Both the position numbers and the translations under genes were made by a program. Positions 19,461-28,184 of a stretch of 33,198 bases of DNA are shown one piece after another. This stretch comes from an uncultured virus (IMG/VR IMGVR_UViG_3300035208_001228). Its lineage: Duplodnaviria; Heunggongvirae; Uroviricota; Caudoviricetes. The stretch lies in the IMG/VR virus record IMGVR_UViG_3300035208_001228, one strand, 5' to 3'. Each line of letters opens with the position of its first letter. Position 1 is the first letter of the stretch. A model generated the notes under the pieces. That model saw only the letters and a list, made by a program, of their open reading frames with translations. It did not search any database and was not told where the DNA came from.

Positions 19461-21232
19461 TCAAATGTGTTTGCACCTGCGCCACGCTGTTGCGACACGG
19501 TGGAATTGTTCAGAGCGGTGTCGGTAGCACCCATTTTCTCAAGGCTGCCTGCCGTTGGCTCAATGGATAAGTCGCCTGCGCCACGCGCTCCTGCGTCCTT
19601 TTGAGCCGCGATGATTCGCGCGGCGCGTAATGCGTGAGCCTCACGCGCCTTTACGTACTCTTCCTTGTTGAACCCGAGCGCGAGCGAGCCTGTCTCGTCG
19701 CCACACAGACCCTGTTCCATCGCCATTGCAATCGTCTCGGGATCGCTGGTGGTGTACGGGGCCGCGTCAATCTCTTTATTGATCTGTTCGATAACGCTGA
19801 CTGACACTTTTCCGCCTAGAAGTGCTTGCACCGTGCATTTGGCGATTTCACGTTTGGCTATCTGACTGGGAACCTTCGCCATGAGGCCGGTCAACTTCGT
19901 CGATTCGTCGATGCGGTCAGCATCCGTCTTGAGACTGTAGCGATCGGGATACTTGATGACAGGGACCAGACGCTTTGACGGTTCGCGCTCCTCATACGCC
20001 GCCCAGTATTCGGAGAGCAGTTTCTCAGCCCCTTCGAGCACGAGGCCGATGTAGGACAAGCCGTTTTCCAGGCCCTGGTTGTCATACGACTTGGACTCGG
20101 CCGATTGACGCGCGCCCAGTGACGCGACAGCGAGGTTGATGAGAGTCCGTATGTCGTCCTTCAGACTGTCCTGCAACGTCTTCGACGCGATCAAAGGCTC
20201 CGATGACGGGTTGATGAATCCAGGGCGATCGGTCTCTTTGGCGTACAGGATACCCGTCGTGTTGCCGATCCGCATCTCTTTCGCAGTCGCGCCTTGGCCA
20301 CCTTCGGTCGCGGTGCCCTCATGCCCGTCGGGCCCCCTGAGATGCGTCACACCTTCGCGTCCATCGGACTGCCGCGTGAAGATGGGAACATTGGACTTCC
20401 AAGCGTAGCTGACATCACTGCTGGCCAGATTCAACAATGCGATCTGGTGCGTGCATACGTCCTTCAGCAACCCGTCGCCAATGTCAAGTAACACAAACGG
20501 AATCCGCGAAAGTTCAAGTTCGATCGGCTTGTCGTTTGGATTTCCGTCGCGGTCGGTCTTCTCGCCCTTCTCACTGTAGAACTGCAAGGACACCTTGCCA
20601 CGCGCGTCGATCCACAGATAGCGAAATCGCAGCACAGTCGTGTCGGGCAACCCTGTGTCGGCATCGTACGTCATCACTGTGTCGCGGAGCAGCAACGTCT
20701 CAAACTGCGACTGGCCCTCGGAGCGCGATAGTGTAAAGTTACGGATGTCTTCTAGGCGGTATGGATACAGGTACGGCGTAGCACCGACAGTGTCGCTTTG
20801 CCGCGCGCCGGCAGGCACTTCAGGAAAATCGACATACACCCCAACCTTTCCCATCAGCAGCAACTCGGTCAGAACACTCCTGCCACCGATGAATGCGTTC
20901 ATCGACGACCCACGACGATCGACGCCACCATTCAAACCTTCGACGGCCCGCCCGTATGCCGCACTACCACCGGTTCGCCGGACATCACGAAGTCGCTGGA
21001 AAATAGCGTTTCGGATTTCCAGCAACGCGGCCTTCGCGTGCGTCTGAATCGGCGTCATCGACAGCCGCTGCGCGTAGTCCTCCGTAGACTCACGGTTACT
21101 GTACCGTTGAAGATATGTCGTGCGGTAATACGTTCCGCCGTTGAAAGTGTCGCGCCAACAAGTCCAGTCTTGCGACAGCGACTCCCAGAGTGGGAACTGC
21201 GAATTGACGATGTTTTGCTTGACGGGGTCCAT
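19457..21232 (-). CDS. Portal protein, 591 aa
   Basis: YLQRYSNRESTEDYAQRL, LLMGKVGVYVDFP, IPFVLL and QSAESKSYD motifs of SPP1/DUF4055-like portals; downstream of the terminase. Confidence 0.88.
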   Translation of the reverse strand: MDPVKQNIVNSQFPLWESLSQDWTCWRDTFNGGTYYRTTYLQRYSNRESTEDYAQRLSMTPIQTHAKAALLEIRNAIFQRLRDVRRTGGSAAYGRAVEGLNGGVDRRGSSMNAFIGGRSVLTELLLMGKVGVYVDFPEVPAGARQSDTVGATPYLYPYRLEDIRNFTLSRSEGQSQFETLLLRDTVMTYDADTGLPDTTVLRFRYLWIDARGKVSLQFYSEKGEKTDRDGNPNDKPIELELSRIPFVLLDIGDGLLKDVCTHQIALLNLASSDVSYAWKSNVPIFTRQSDGREGVTHLRGPDGHEGTATEGGQGATAKEMRIGNTTGILYAKETDRPGFINPSSEPLIASKTLQDSLKDDIRTLINLAVASLGARQSAESKSYDNQGLENGLSYIGLVLEGAEKLLSEYWAAYEEREPSKRLVPVIKYPDRYSLKTDADRIDESTKLTGLMAKVPSQIAKREIAKCTVQALLGGKVSVSVIEQINKEIDAAPYTTSDPETIAMAMEQGLCGDETGSLALGFNKEEYVKAREAHALRAARIIAAQKDAGARGAGDLSIEPTAGSLEKMGATDTALNNSTVSQQRGAGANTFE

Positions 21233-21789
21233 CAGATTCGCACCTCTGTACGTTCAACGTAGTCCGCCAATGCACGCATCCGATCGGCTGAATCCCTCAC
21301 AAACCCGAGGACACGATTACAGTTGTCGCAGAGAAAGCCCCTGAACGCGCCTGTCTCGTGGTCGTGGTCAAGACACAGACGCTGTGTGCATTCAACCTCG
21401 GGAACGCCACAGACGTGGCACTTGCCGGTGAACGCCGCTGTCACTTCTTCAACCGTTGCAGTGCAAGGTGAATAGCCTAGTTGCTTTGCCGCATGTTGTG
21501 CGCGATAGATTGCCATCTTGAACCGGTTCACTTCTGCGTACTGCTGTCGTTCCAACTTATACACGTCCCTATACACCCGGCACCGTTCACGTTGTTTCGC
21601 CAGGACGCCAGGGCGATTACGGTATGCACGCCGTTTCTTACGCGCCTCAGGTGTACTGTTACGTTCGCGCATCGCTATGCAAAAGCAGTCTTTGCATTCC
21701 GCTCTGCGGCCGTCCGTGACTCTTCGGTCTGTGTAGAACTCGTCCAGTTCCTTTTCAACGCCACACTTTCTACAGACCTTCGTGTTCAT
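21232..21789 (-). CDS. Endonuclease VII-type HNH homing endonuclease, 185 aa
   Basis: N-terminal CxxC...CxxC; C-terminal CHVCG...LCLDHDHETGAFRGFLCDNCNRVLG. Inserted between terL and portal. Confidence 0.9.
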   Translation of the reverse strand: MNTKVCRKCGVEKELDEFYTDRRVTDGRRAECKDCFCIAMRERNSTPEARKKRRAYRNRPGVLAKQRERCRVYRDVYKLERQQYAEVNRFKMAIYRAQHAAKQLGYSPCTATVEEVTAAFTGKCHVCGVPEVECTQRLCLDHDHETGAFRGFLCDNCNRVLGFVRDSADRMRALADYVERTEVRI

Positions 21790-23801
21790 ATTCCCTTGAT
21801 GCTTCGGGTGGTGTCAATCGGTGCGTACTTCAATCCGATGCCCGCATAATTCAATGCGTGTGCAAAGTGGTCCGGTCCAGTGTTGATATAGACGCCGATG
21901 ACTTCACCCATCGGGTTCTTCTCAACCGTCCTCGTCAGGTTCTTCACGTGCGTGCTGAACTCGTCAGGGATGTCGCCAGGCAACCAAATACGCGACGGAT
22001 TGACCTTGAACCGTCCGAGCGTCTTGCCGAGCCATGACGTGCGATCTACCTGCAACATCGGGGCTCCACTGTCTGTGTCCTTGACGGTGATTTCATTGCC
22101 TTCGTTTCCGCCGCGATACCGTGTCGTGGCGGCGAAACCGTCGAACCTGCGACAGAACCTTCGTGCCTCATTCACATTCGGGTCTGCGTCCACGACTGCG
22201 TATAGCACCTGCCACTCGGCCATCAACTGATCGAGTCGATCCCAATCCTCTCCAAAAAACTTACCAACCCAGAGCACCCTGCAAATCGCAGAGTCGCCAA
22301 GGTCCGGGCCGAGTTCGCGGTCGAATAGCCATTCACAAATGACGATGTAGGATTCGCGTTCGCCTTGGTCCACACCCATCGTGATGAGCCGGCCGCTCCG
22401 GGTAGGCCGCAAGCCGTCCATCGAATATGGGCTAGCTGCACAAGCGACTGCATTAGCGATCATCGCGTCAGTCACTTTTGCGCCGGGGCCGACGTAGGGC
22501 AAACCTAGTTTCGAGTTGTGAAACTCTTTCGCCGCGAACTCGTTATTGATTCCCTCGAAATGTGCGACTACCAACTCAGCCGGTGATACGGTGAAAGAGT
22601 ACAACTGGCTGATATGGAAACCGCGAAACTCTTTGTTCGCGTTAGGTGCGGTCGAGACCCATTCAGCGTCGGCCAGAAACTCGGGCTTAGCTTCCTGCGC
22701 CAACCTCGCACCACACTCTTTGCACTTCAGATAGGAGTCCTTGCAACGCGGGTCCGTCGCGTACTCTCCGCAAACCTGAATGCAACCCGGCCATACCAAC
22801 TCTGTCCGCCTGCCGCAATGCGGACACTTGAACATGAAATGTTCTTGCGTCGTGTCCTTGTACAGCTTGTGAATGCCGTGCTCCGGGACGGTTGGTGTCG
22901 AGATGCCCCAGACATGCTTATGCAATTGTCCTGAAAGCCGTTCCAATGCCTGCGCGACTTGCTGGCGGTCCATCCGATCGACCTCATCAAAGATAAGTTC
23001 CGACACAGGAATCGACAGCAGACTATCGCGTCCGCGCGTGCCGCGAATGTACATGCAGTTATTGCCGGCCCGCTTCAAGTTGACCGCGTTGGTGTCGGTG
23101 AACACTGAGTCGAGGTATGGGCTCAGACTTAACGCCGGTCCCAAACGTGACTTGCTGAAATCGCTTGCCGCGCCTTGCGTCGGCATCAAGTACAGCACGT
23201 CCCTCTTCATTCTGTCGATGGTGTACAGTGCGCGATTGATAGCGACCTCAGTGACCCCGAGTTGTGCGCCCTTTAAGACCCAGGTATAAGGCGTCCAACT
23301 GTCGTGCATTTCCCGACACCACGGATGATAGCGCCAAGAGTAATTACCGGCGAAGTCGCCGCCCATGATCCTCCGATGCTGTGCCCACCGCGAACAGGTC
23401 GTCAACGACGTGGCCGTCATATTCTCGGCCAGCGCCGCGTCGAAATCAGCCATCGTGATAGGCATACGTGCTACGATCTCTTGAATGCTGTGCGTGCGGA
23501 GTTCGTCTTTTCCGTTACGCAGAAGGATGAACGTCGGGACGGCTGTGACGCCGTACCGTCTCGCAATGACTGGGTGTTCGTCAATGTCATACCGAGTGAC
23601 CTTCAGACCGGCCTTCTCCAGCCGATCCACAATCGGGGCTGCCGCACGACACGGCAGGCACCACGAGGCGTGGAAGACAAGCAGACTGATCCTGTGTGGG
23701 ACTGGCACATGGATCGGAATCGGGCGCGGTGCGATCACCGACTGCTGACAGCCGGATAAAGCCAGAAGGAGCAACGCGGCTGAGATCAATCTTTGAAGCA
23801 T
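21786..23801 (-). CDS. terL: Terminase large subunit (lambda GpA-type), in frame with an N-terminal lipoprotein signal and thioredoxin domain
   Basis: KGAQLGVTE, YLMPT, LIFDEVDRM, ISTPT, CPHC...CKEC and MGVDQG...DHFAHA motifs. Residues 1-~112 are an LLLLALSGC lipobox plus a WCLPC thioredoxin. Terminase proper may start at 23465 or 23453. Confidence 0.9.
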   Translation of the reverse strand: MLQRLISAALLLLALSGCQQSVIAPRPIPIHVPVPHRISLLVFHASWCLPCRAAAPIVDRLEKAGLKVTRYDIDEHPVIARRYGVTAVPTFILLRNGKDELRTHSIQEIVARMPITMADFDAALAENMTATSLTTCSRWAQHRRIMGGDFAGNYSWRYHPWCREMHDSWTPYTWVLKGAQLGVTEVAINRALYTIDRMKRDVLYLMPTQGAASDFSKSRLGPALSLSPYLDSVFTDTNAVNLKRAGNNCMYIRGTRGRDSLLSIPVSELIFDEVDRMDRQQVAQALERLSGQLHKHVWGISTPTVPEHGIHKLYKDTTQEHFMFKCPHCGRRTELVWPGCIQVCGEYATDPRCKDSYLKCKECGARLAQEAKPEFLADAEWVSTAPNANKEFRGFHISQLYSFTVSPAELVVAHFEGINNEFAAKEFHNSKLGLPYVGPGAKVTDAMIANAVACAASPYSMDGLRPTRSGRLITMGVDQGERESYIVICEWLFDRELGPDLGDSAICRVLWVGKFFGEDWDRLDQLMAEWQVLYAVVDADPNVNEARRFCRRFDGFAATTRYRGGNEGNEITVKDTDSGAPMLQVDRTSWLGKTLGRFKVNPSRIWLPGDIPDEFSTHVKNLTRTVEKNPMGEVIGVYINTGPDHFAHALNYAGIGLKYAPIDTTRSIKGI

Positions 23802-23851
23802 TCATTTTTCTCATTTCGTGCTACGTACTCGGCCAAAGCCAAGATTCGATC

Positions 23852-24141
23852 CGACGACCCACGACGATCGACGCCGCCATTCAAACCTTCGACCGCGCGC
23901 CCGTAGGCGGGGCTACCGCCGGTTCGCAGAACGTCACGAAGTCGCTGGAAATCTGAATCGACGGCATCGACAGCCGCTGACTGTAGTCCTCCGCCGATTC
24001 GCGGTTGCTGTATCGCTGAAGATACGTCGTTCTATAGCACGCGCCGCCATTGAACGTGTCACGCCAACAAGTCCAGTCTTGCGACAGCGACTCCCAGAGC
24101 GGGAAACACGAATTGACGATGCTTTTCTTGACCGGGTCCAT
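23852..24141 (-). pseudogene. 5' fragment of a second portal gene (40-bp deletion, truncated)
   Basis: MDPVKKSIVNSCFPLWESLSQDWTCWRDTFNGG matches the portal N-terminus. Lacks the equivalent of 21003-21042. Homology ends at GVDRRGSS. Confidence 0.9.
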
Positions 24142-24593
24142 CAGATTCGCGCCTCCGCGTGTGCCACATAATCCGCCAATGCGCGCATCCGATCGGCTGA
24201 ATCCGTTGCCAGCCCTAAGATATGGTTACAGTTGGCACAAAGCCAGCCGCGAAACTCGCCAGACGAATGATCGTGAGCCATACACAGGCGCGATGCACAC
24301 TCAATCTCGGGCACGCCACAAGCGTGGCAGCGTCCAGCGTACGCTGACTTTATCTCCTCGACAGTGTAGCCACGTCGCCGAGCATGGGTACGCGCGTTGC
24401 GTATCGCCGTCTTGTATCGCACGGCCACCCTATATTGGCAGCACCGCTCAGGATATTGCCGCTGGTACGTCGCGCCGCATTTCTTTTTACAGACTTTGCA
24501 CTGTGTGGTGCGCCCATCTCTGTGGGTGCAGCTACCGTAGAACTCAGCACGCGGCTTCGTATCACTGCACGTTTTGCAAGTCTTCGTTTCCAA
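24141..24593 (-). CDS. Second endonuclease VII-type HNH (150 aa), probably inactive
   Basis: Paralog of 21232..21789 with TTG start; active-site LDHDH is changed to MAHDH. Confidence 0.75.
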   Translation of the reverse strand: METKTCKTCSDTKPRAEFYGSCTHRDGRTTQCKVCKKKCGATYQRQYPERCCQYRVAVRYKTAIRNARTHARRRGYTVEEIKSAYAGRCHACGVPEIECASRLCMAHDHSSGEFRGWLCANCNHILGLATDSADRMRALADYVAHAEARI

Positions 24594-25322
24594 CTCAGAT
24601 GCCCCTGATGCTTCGGGTAGTGTCGATGGGCGCAAACTTCAACCCCAACGCCGCATAGACCAGACTGTGGGCAAAGTGGTCGGCTCCGTTCCCTGTTGTG
24701 ACATAGACGCCTGCCACATCCCCCAGCGGCCCCTTCTCGACAGTCCGCGTGAGGTTCATAATGTGCGTCTTGAACTCTTCAGGTATATCCTTTGGCAGCC
24801 AGATGCGTGTCGGGTTGACTTTGAATCGCCCGAGCGCCGCGCCGATCCAACTCGTACGATCCACTTGGACCATCGGTGCGCCGCTGTCCGCGTCCTTCAC
24901 GGTGACTTCGTTGCCCGCACTGCCACCGTGATACCGTGTGCGTGCGGCGTAGCCCTCGAACCGACGACAGAACCGGCGGGATTCGCTAGGATCGGGATCA
25001 GCATCGACGACGGCATAGAGAACTTGGAACTCAGCCATCAATTGGTCCAACTGTGACCAGTCACTACTGGGAAACCGCCCAACCCAGAGCACCTTGCAAA
25101 TGGCTGACTCTCCTAGATCGGCACTGAGCGGACGATCAAACAGCCACTCGCAGACTACAACGTGCGAGATTACCTCGCCCTGATCTACGCCCATCGTGAT
25201 GAGCCGGCCGCTTCGTGTCGGGCGCAAGTCGTCCATCGAATGGTCACGAAGCGCGTTATTAAACATGTCGGCCGTGACACGCGGCTTCGTATCACTGCAC
25301 GTTTTGCAAGTCTTCGTTTCCA
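24548..25322. repeat. Identical 45-bp direct repeat at 24548-24592 and 25278-25322
   Basis: CACGCGGCTTCGTATCACTGCACGTTTTGCAAGTCTTCGTTTCCA occurs twice. Confidence 0.97.
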
Positions 25323-25323
25323 T
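24595..25323 (-). CDS. Stand-alone diverged copy of the terminase C-terminal nuclease domain, fused to the first 15 aa of an endoVII
   Basis: METKTCKTCSDTKPR followed by VT..M..SMDDLRPTRSGRLITMGVDQG...APIDTTRSIRGI, colinear with the last ~230 aa of terL. ATG overlaps the upstream TAA. Confidence 0.85.
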   Translation of the reverse strand: METKTCKTCSDTKPRVTADMFNNALRDHSMDDLRPTRSGRLITMGVDQGEVISHVVVCEWLFDRPLSADLGESAICKVLWVGRFPSSDWSQLDQLMAEFQVLYAVVDADPDPSESRRFCRRFEGYAARTRYHGGSAGNEVTVKDADSGAPMVQVDRTSWIGAALGRFKVNPTRIWLPKDIPEEFKTHIMNLTRTVEKGPLGDVAGVYVTTGNGADHFAHSLVYAALGLKFAPIDTTRSIRGI

Positions 25324-25745
25324 TAGATCACTGCGGCGATGACAACGGGACCGGCGACCTTGGCGACTTCGATCGCAATCTTCTCAGCCGCCTCGATTCG
25401 CGCCCTCATGGCAGCACGGCCTTCCGGCGTCTTGATCTTGGCGCCGAGCATTCGCTCGAAGGTGCCTTCCAACTCTTGGATGATCGCAGAATTGCCAGCC
25501 TTAACGATGACTGCGGCATTCTGGATAGCTGTGAGAAGGTCATCAACCTCCCCGACCGTCACTGCCTCCAACGCTTCGGGCAACTTGACCAGGCCGAGTT
25601 TGCGCAACTCGATGGACAAGGCTTGTGTGGCCTTGCGAATGCTGGTCACACTCTTCTTGCCCTTGAAAATCAACTTGCCGATTTCGCGCCCGGCGACAAG
25701 ACACCCGGCCGCCGCCAACACCCATATCAGAATCTGTAGAAACAT
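25323..25745 (-). CDS. N-terminally membrane-anchored helical protein, 140 aa
   Basis: MFLQILIWVLAAAGCLVAG hydrophobic start, helical body and hydrophobic C-terminus. Confidence 0.7.
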   Translation of the reverse strand: MFLQILIWVLAAAGCLVAGREIGKLIFKGKKSVTSIRKATQALSIELRKLGLVKLPEALEAVTVGEVDDLLTAIQNAAVIVKAGNSAIIQELEGTFERMLGAKIKTPEGRAAMRARIEAAEKIAIEVAKVAGPVVIAAVI

Positions 25746-25749
25746 CTGT

Positions 25750-26337
25750 TTACCCTTGCTTCAAAGACGTGGACTGATTACGCCGCGCGCTCACAAGACC
25801 GAGCACGGTGCCGACGACCAAAAGGAACACACAGAGACCGACGCCCCAGTCAGGATCAGTCGGTGCGATGTCCGGCGTCCCACCGTCATCGACTGGATCG
25901 GGTGCCGGATCATCCGGTGTCACCGGGTTTGGCTGTGGACCCGGATTCGGTTGCGGCCGGAGCGGGAAGATGCGATGACGCTGCGCCGCGTTGGCGATTG
26001 CGTTATACAGATCAGCCGGTACTTGCTTACGTGTCGCCTCAAAAATCACGCGCCCCACAGCGTCTTGCACGCGCACAGTCGGGGTGCCTTTGATAGACGG
26101 TTTGTAGTGCTCAAACATCGGATTGTCGGTTGTGACCGGTAGATAGTGGCATTGCTTCCGCAACTCTGCCAGCTTGCCCTCGTGGAATTGCTGAATGATC
26201 GACTGGTACTGCGGGTCGTTTGCGTCCCCGATCACGGAAATGTACCACTTGTCGCTATCCTCGGGCAGCTTGAGAACACGTTCTTCGGCACCGTAGCATG
26301 TCGAGCAGAGCAACACTAGAAAAAAGAAGTATCGCAT
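25750..26337 (-). CDS. Exported protein with possible thioredoxin-like fold (no CxxC), Pro-rich linker and C-terminal TM anchor, 195 aa
   Basis: Signal peptide MRYFFFLVLLCSTCYG; YKPSIKGTPTVRVQDAVGRVIF resembles the Trx cis-Pro region; PQPNPGPQPNP linker; TM WGVGLCVFLLVVGTVLGLV. Confidence 0.6.
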   Translation of the reverse strand: MRYFFFLVLLCSTCYGAEERVLKLPEDSDKWYISVIGDANDPQYQSIIQQFHEGKLAELRKQCHYLPVTTDNPMFEHYKPSIKGTPTVRVQDAVGRVIFEATRKQVPADLYNAIANAAQRHRIFPLRPQPNPGPQPNPVTPDDPAPDPVDDGGTPDIAPTDPDWGVGLCVFLLVVGTVLGLVSARRNQSTSLKQG

Positions 26338-26358
26338 GTATTCACTCAGGGGTAGGAG

Positions 26359-26949
26359 CTATTGGTGCGTGTTGCAGGTTAGTAGCGGCTGCACCCGCTT
26401 CGCTTCACTGGGTGCTGGGGCGCTCGGTGTATACACCGGCGTCACCGCCCACGAATGACTCTTGAACCAGTCCGCTAGGAACTGTTCGCGTGGAATCCAA
26501 ATAACCTGGCCGACTGAATTATTGTCGAGGATGCCAGCGTAATTATCATTCAAAGCAACGAGGCATACCATGTGCGCGTAATTGTTCACGCCGACGGCGC
26601 ATCCACGATGAGTGCGGATGGACCAGTTCAAAAAATTTACGTCCTTCTTCCCGTAGGTCGTCGCGTACCGGATGCCAAGCCGCTCAAAAAGTGGTTCGAC
26701 ATCACTCGGCGACGCGCCATCCCCGCAGTTCTGACGAATCCACGCGGCTGTCACCGGCCGATTCTGCCAGCGGAATAATGTCACGAGGCTGGCCCACACA
26801 CACGAACCTTGTCCCCGCGAACCGCGCCAATTCGTCTGACGTGCCGGCACTGGTACGTCCACGACAACTGACGGCAGCGTCACGGCAGCACAAACAATGA
26901 ATGCGAGTTGTGGGATTATCAGCCGCCACACCGGCGTCAAAGAAGTCAT
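26359..26949 (-). CDS. Papain-fold (C39-like) cysteine peptidase with N-terminal signal/TM
   Basis: Q..GSCVWAS (Cys), AHMVCLV (His), ILDNN (Asp). ATGA coupling at 26949 with GGAG SD. Confidence 0.7.
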   Translation of the reverse strand: MTSLTPVWRLIIPQLAFIVCAAVTLPSVVVDVPVPARQTNWRGSRGQGSCVWASLVTLFRWQNRPVTAAWIRQNCGDGASPSDVEPLFERLGIRYATTYGKKDVNFLNWSIRTHRGCAVGVNNYAHMVCLVALNDNYAGILDNNSVGQVIWIPREQFLADWFKSHSWAVTPVYTPSAPAPSEAKRVQPLLTCNTHQ

Positions 26950-27428
26950 GTTACTACGTTCTCCCGCCGGCAATCCGTTTTCCCCGCGCTGAGTCGAACA
27001 CGCTTTTGATCCTTGCCCATGCGACGCGCAACGAGGTGATGGAGCCGCATACCGTCACTTGACCGCACGACATACCCCGAATAAGACATCCGCCAGGCCC
27101 ATTGGTTCAAGTAGTCGAAGTCTTCACGACTGACGACCGCTTGGCACTGTTCGGAACCTTGCCGCCAGGCCGTGGTGAGCCGAACGGCCTTGAGCGAGAG
27201 ATTGTCGCGTTGGCAGTTGAGTGGGTTCCGGTCATAGAACCGCACGACGCCGTCCTTGTGCATCTCGGGAGACATGCGCAAGGCCACTTCATGTTGTAGC
27301 CGCACGTCGTGCCCGCCGTCCCTTCGAATAACATAACCACCACGCACGTGCCACCTGTGCTGTGCCAGGCAGGCGTCTTCGTCGCTAGTGAACGCAACCC
27401 GACCGTGGGGAAGTTGAATTGTCACCAT
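26946..27428 (-). CDS. Protein of two tandem degenerate HNH_3-like domains, 160 aa
   Basis: Two repeats of A-x-x-S-x-ED...W...GYV-R...RL-H...C-R-N, resembling the HNH of HNH-AP2 endonucleases but lacking the DH catalytic motif. Confidence 0.6.
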   Translation of the reverse strand: MVTIQLPHGRVAFTSDEDACLAQHRWHVRGGYVIRRDGGHDVRLQHEVALRMSPEMHKDGVVRFYDRNPLNCQRDNLSLKAVRLTTAWRQGSEQCQAVVSREDFDYLNQWAWRMSYSGYVVRSSDGMRLHHLVARRMGKDQKRVRLSAGKTDCRRENVVT

Positions 27429-28057
27429 TATTTCAACCGGCGTGGTTTGAGCACAACATGGTTCCGCCGCAAGCGTCTGGCGAGACGGTTGGGGTTCCAG
27501 CGTGAGGCATCATCCGTCAGCAGCAACCCGATTTCACAATATGCTTTCGCCAACCACTCGCTGCAAAAGATTGTGTGAAGGTCTTCGGGCCTAAACAGCG
27601 ACTCGACCCATGACAACCCGATACCAGCCGATCGCATCGCACCTTCTTGATCGTACGGCACCCCGATTGTTCCGACCAAGAAGTCACTCAGCCGCTGTGA
27701 CTCAAAGCTATACAGTGGGCGTGACAGTGGATGTGCCCAGACGCGGCCTTTGTAATTTGTCAGCACGTCATCCAGGCGATGCGCCTGCGTGCCGTTGAAC
27801 AACTTCTGCTGTATCACGCACGGACGCGAGTCGAGCGTCGTCGATTCAAACAGCAACAACTCACCACGGTGCTCGGCCATGATCCCGACGTGTGACAGAC
27901 CCCAGCGCGGAACACCGAGAGTGACGACGTTGATAATGTCGCTGAGCCCGCATGCCCCGCTGAATCCGAGCAACGTTCCTGGTTGCAGGTTGGCAGTGGC
28001 TGCACCCACTTCGCCCGCAGACGCTTGATCGCGGTCTGGAATCCACTTCTTGGCCAT
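27428..28057 (-). CDS. Permuted papain-like NlpC/P60 (YiiX/YebB-like) amidase/peptidase
   Basis: LQPGTLL, SHVGI (His), ESTT, VPYD and FCSEWLAKAY (Cys after His). Confidence 0.85.
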   Translation of the reverse strand: MAKKWIPDRDQASAGEVGAATANLQPGTLLGFSGACGLSDIINVVTLGVPRWGLSHVGIMAEHRGELLLFESTTLDSRPCVIQQKLFNGTQAHRLDDVLTNYKGRVWAHPLSRPLYSFESQRLSDFLVGTIGVPYDQEGAMRSAGIGLSWVESLFRPEDLHTIFCSEWLAKAYCEIGLLLTDDASRWNPNRLARRLRRNHVVLKPRRLK

Positions 28058-28164
28058 CACTGTAACCCTATACACACACACGACTTAGCGAATTGGCTTG
28101 TCGCGCAGCCCGACAGCCCGATGCTACATATACTATAGGGAAAAACAGCGACTTTAGGCCAGAA

Positions 28165-28181
28165 ATTCGCCGTTTGGCGAA
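28165..28181 (-). terminator. Short hairpin after the recombinase-like gene; a TATAGT -10-like hexamer follows toward the late operon
   Basis: TTCGCC-AAAC-GGCGAA-TTT on the minus strand; TATAGT at 28132-28137 (minus). Confidence 0.35.
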
Positions 28182-28184
28182 GAT

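Noticed and set aside
20903..25323. Duplicated terminase/portal block as a DGR template and variable repeat
   Set aside because: Differences are not adenine-specific, include indels and span about 1.4 kb; no reverse transcriptase in the window.
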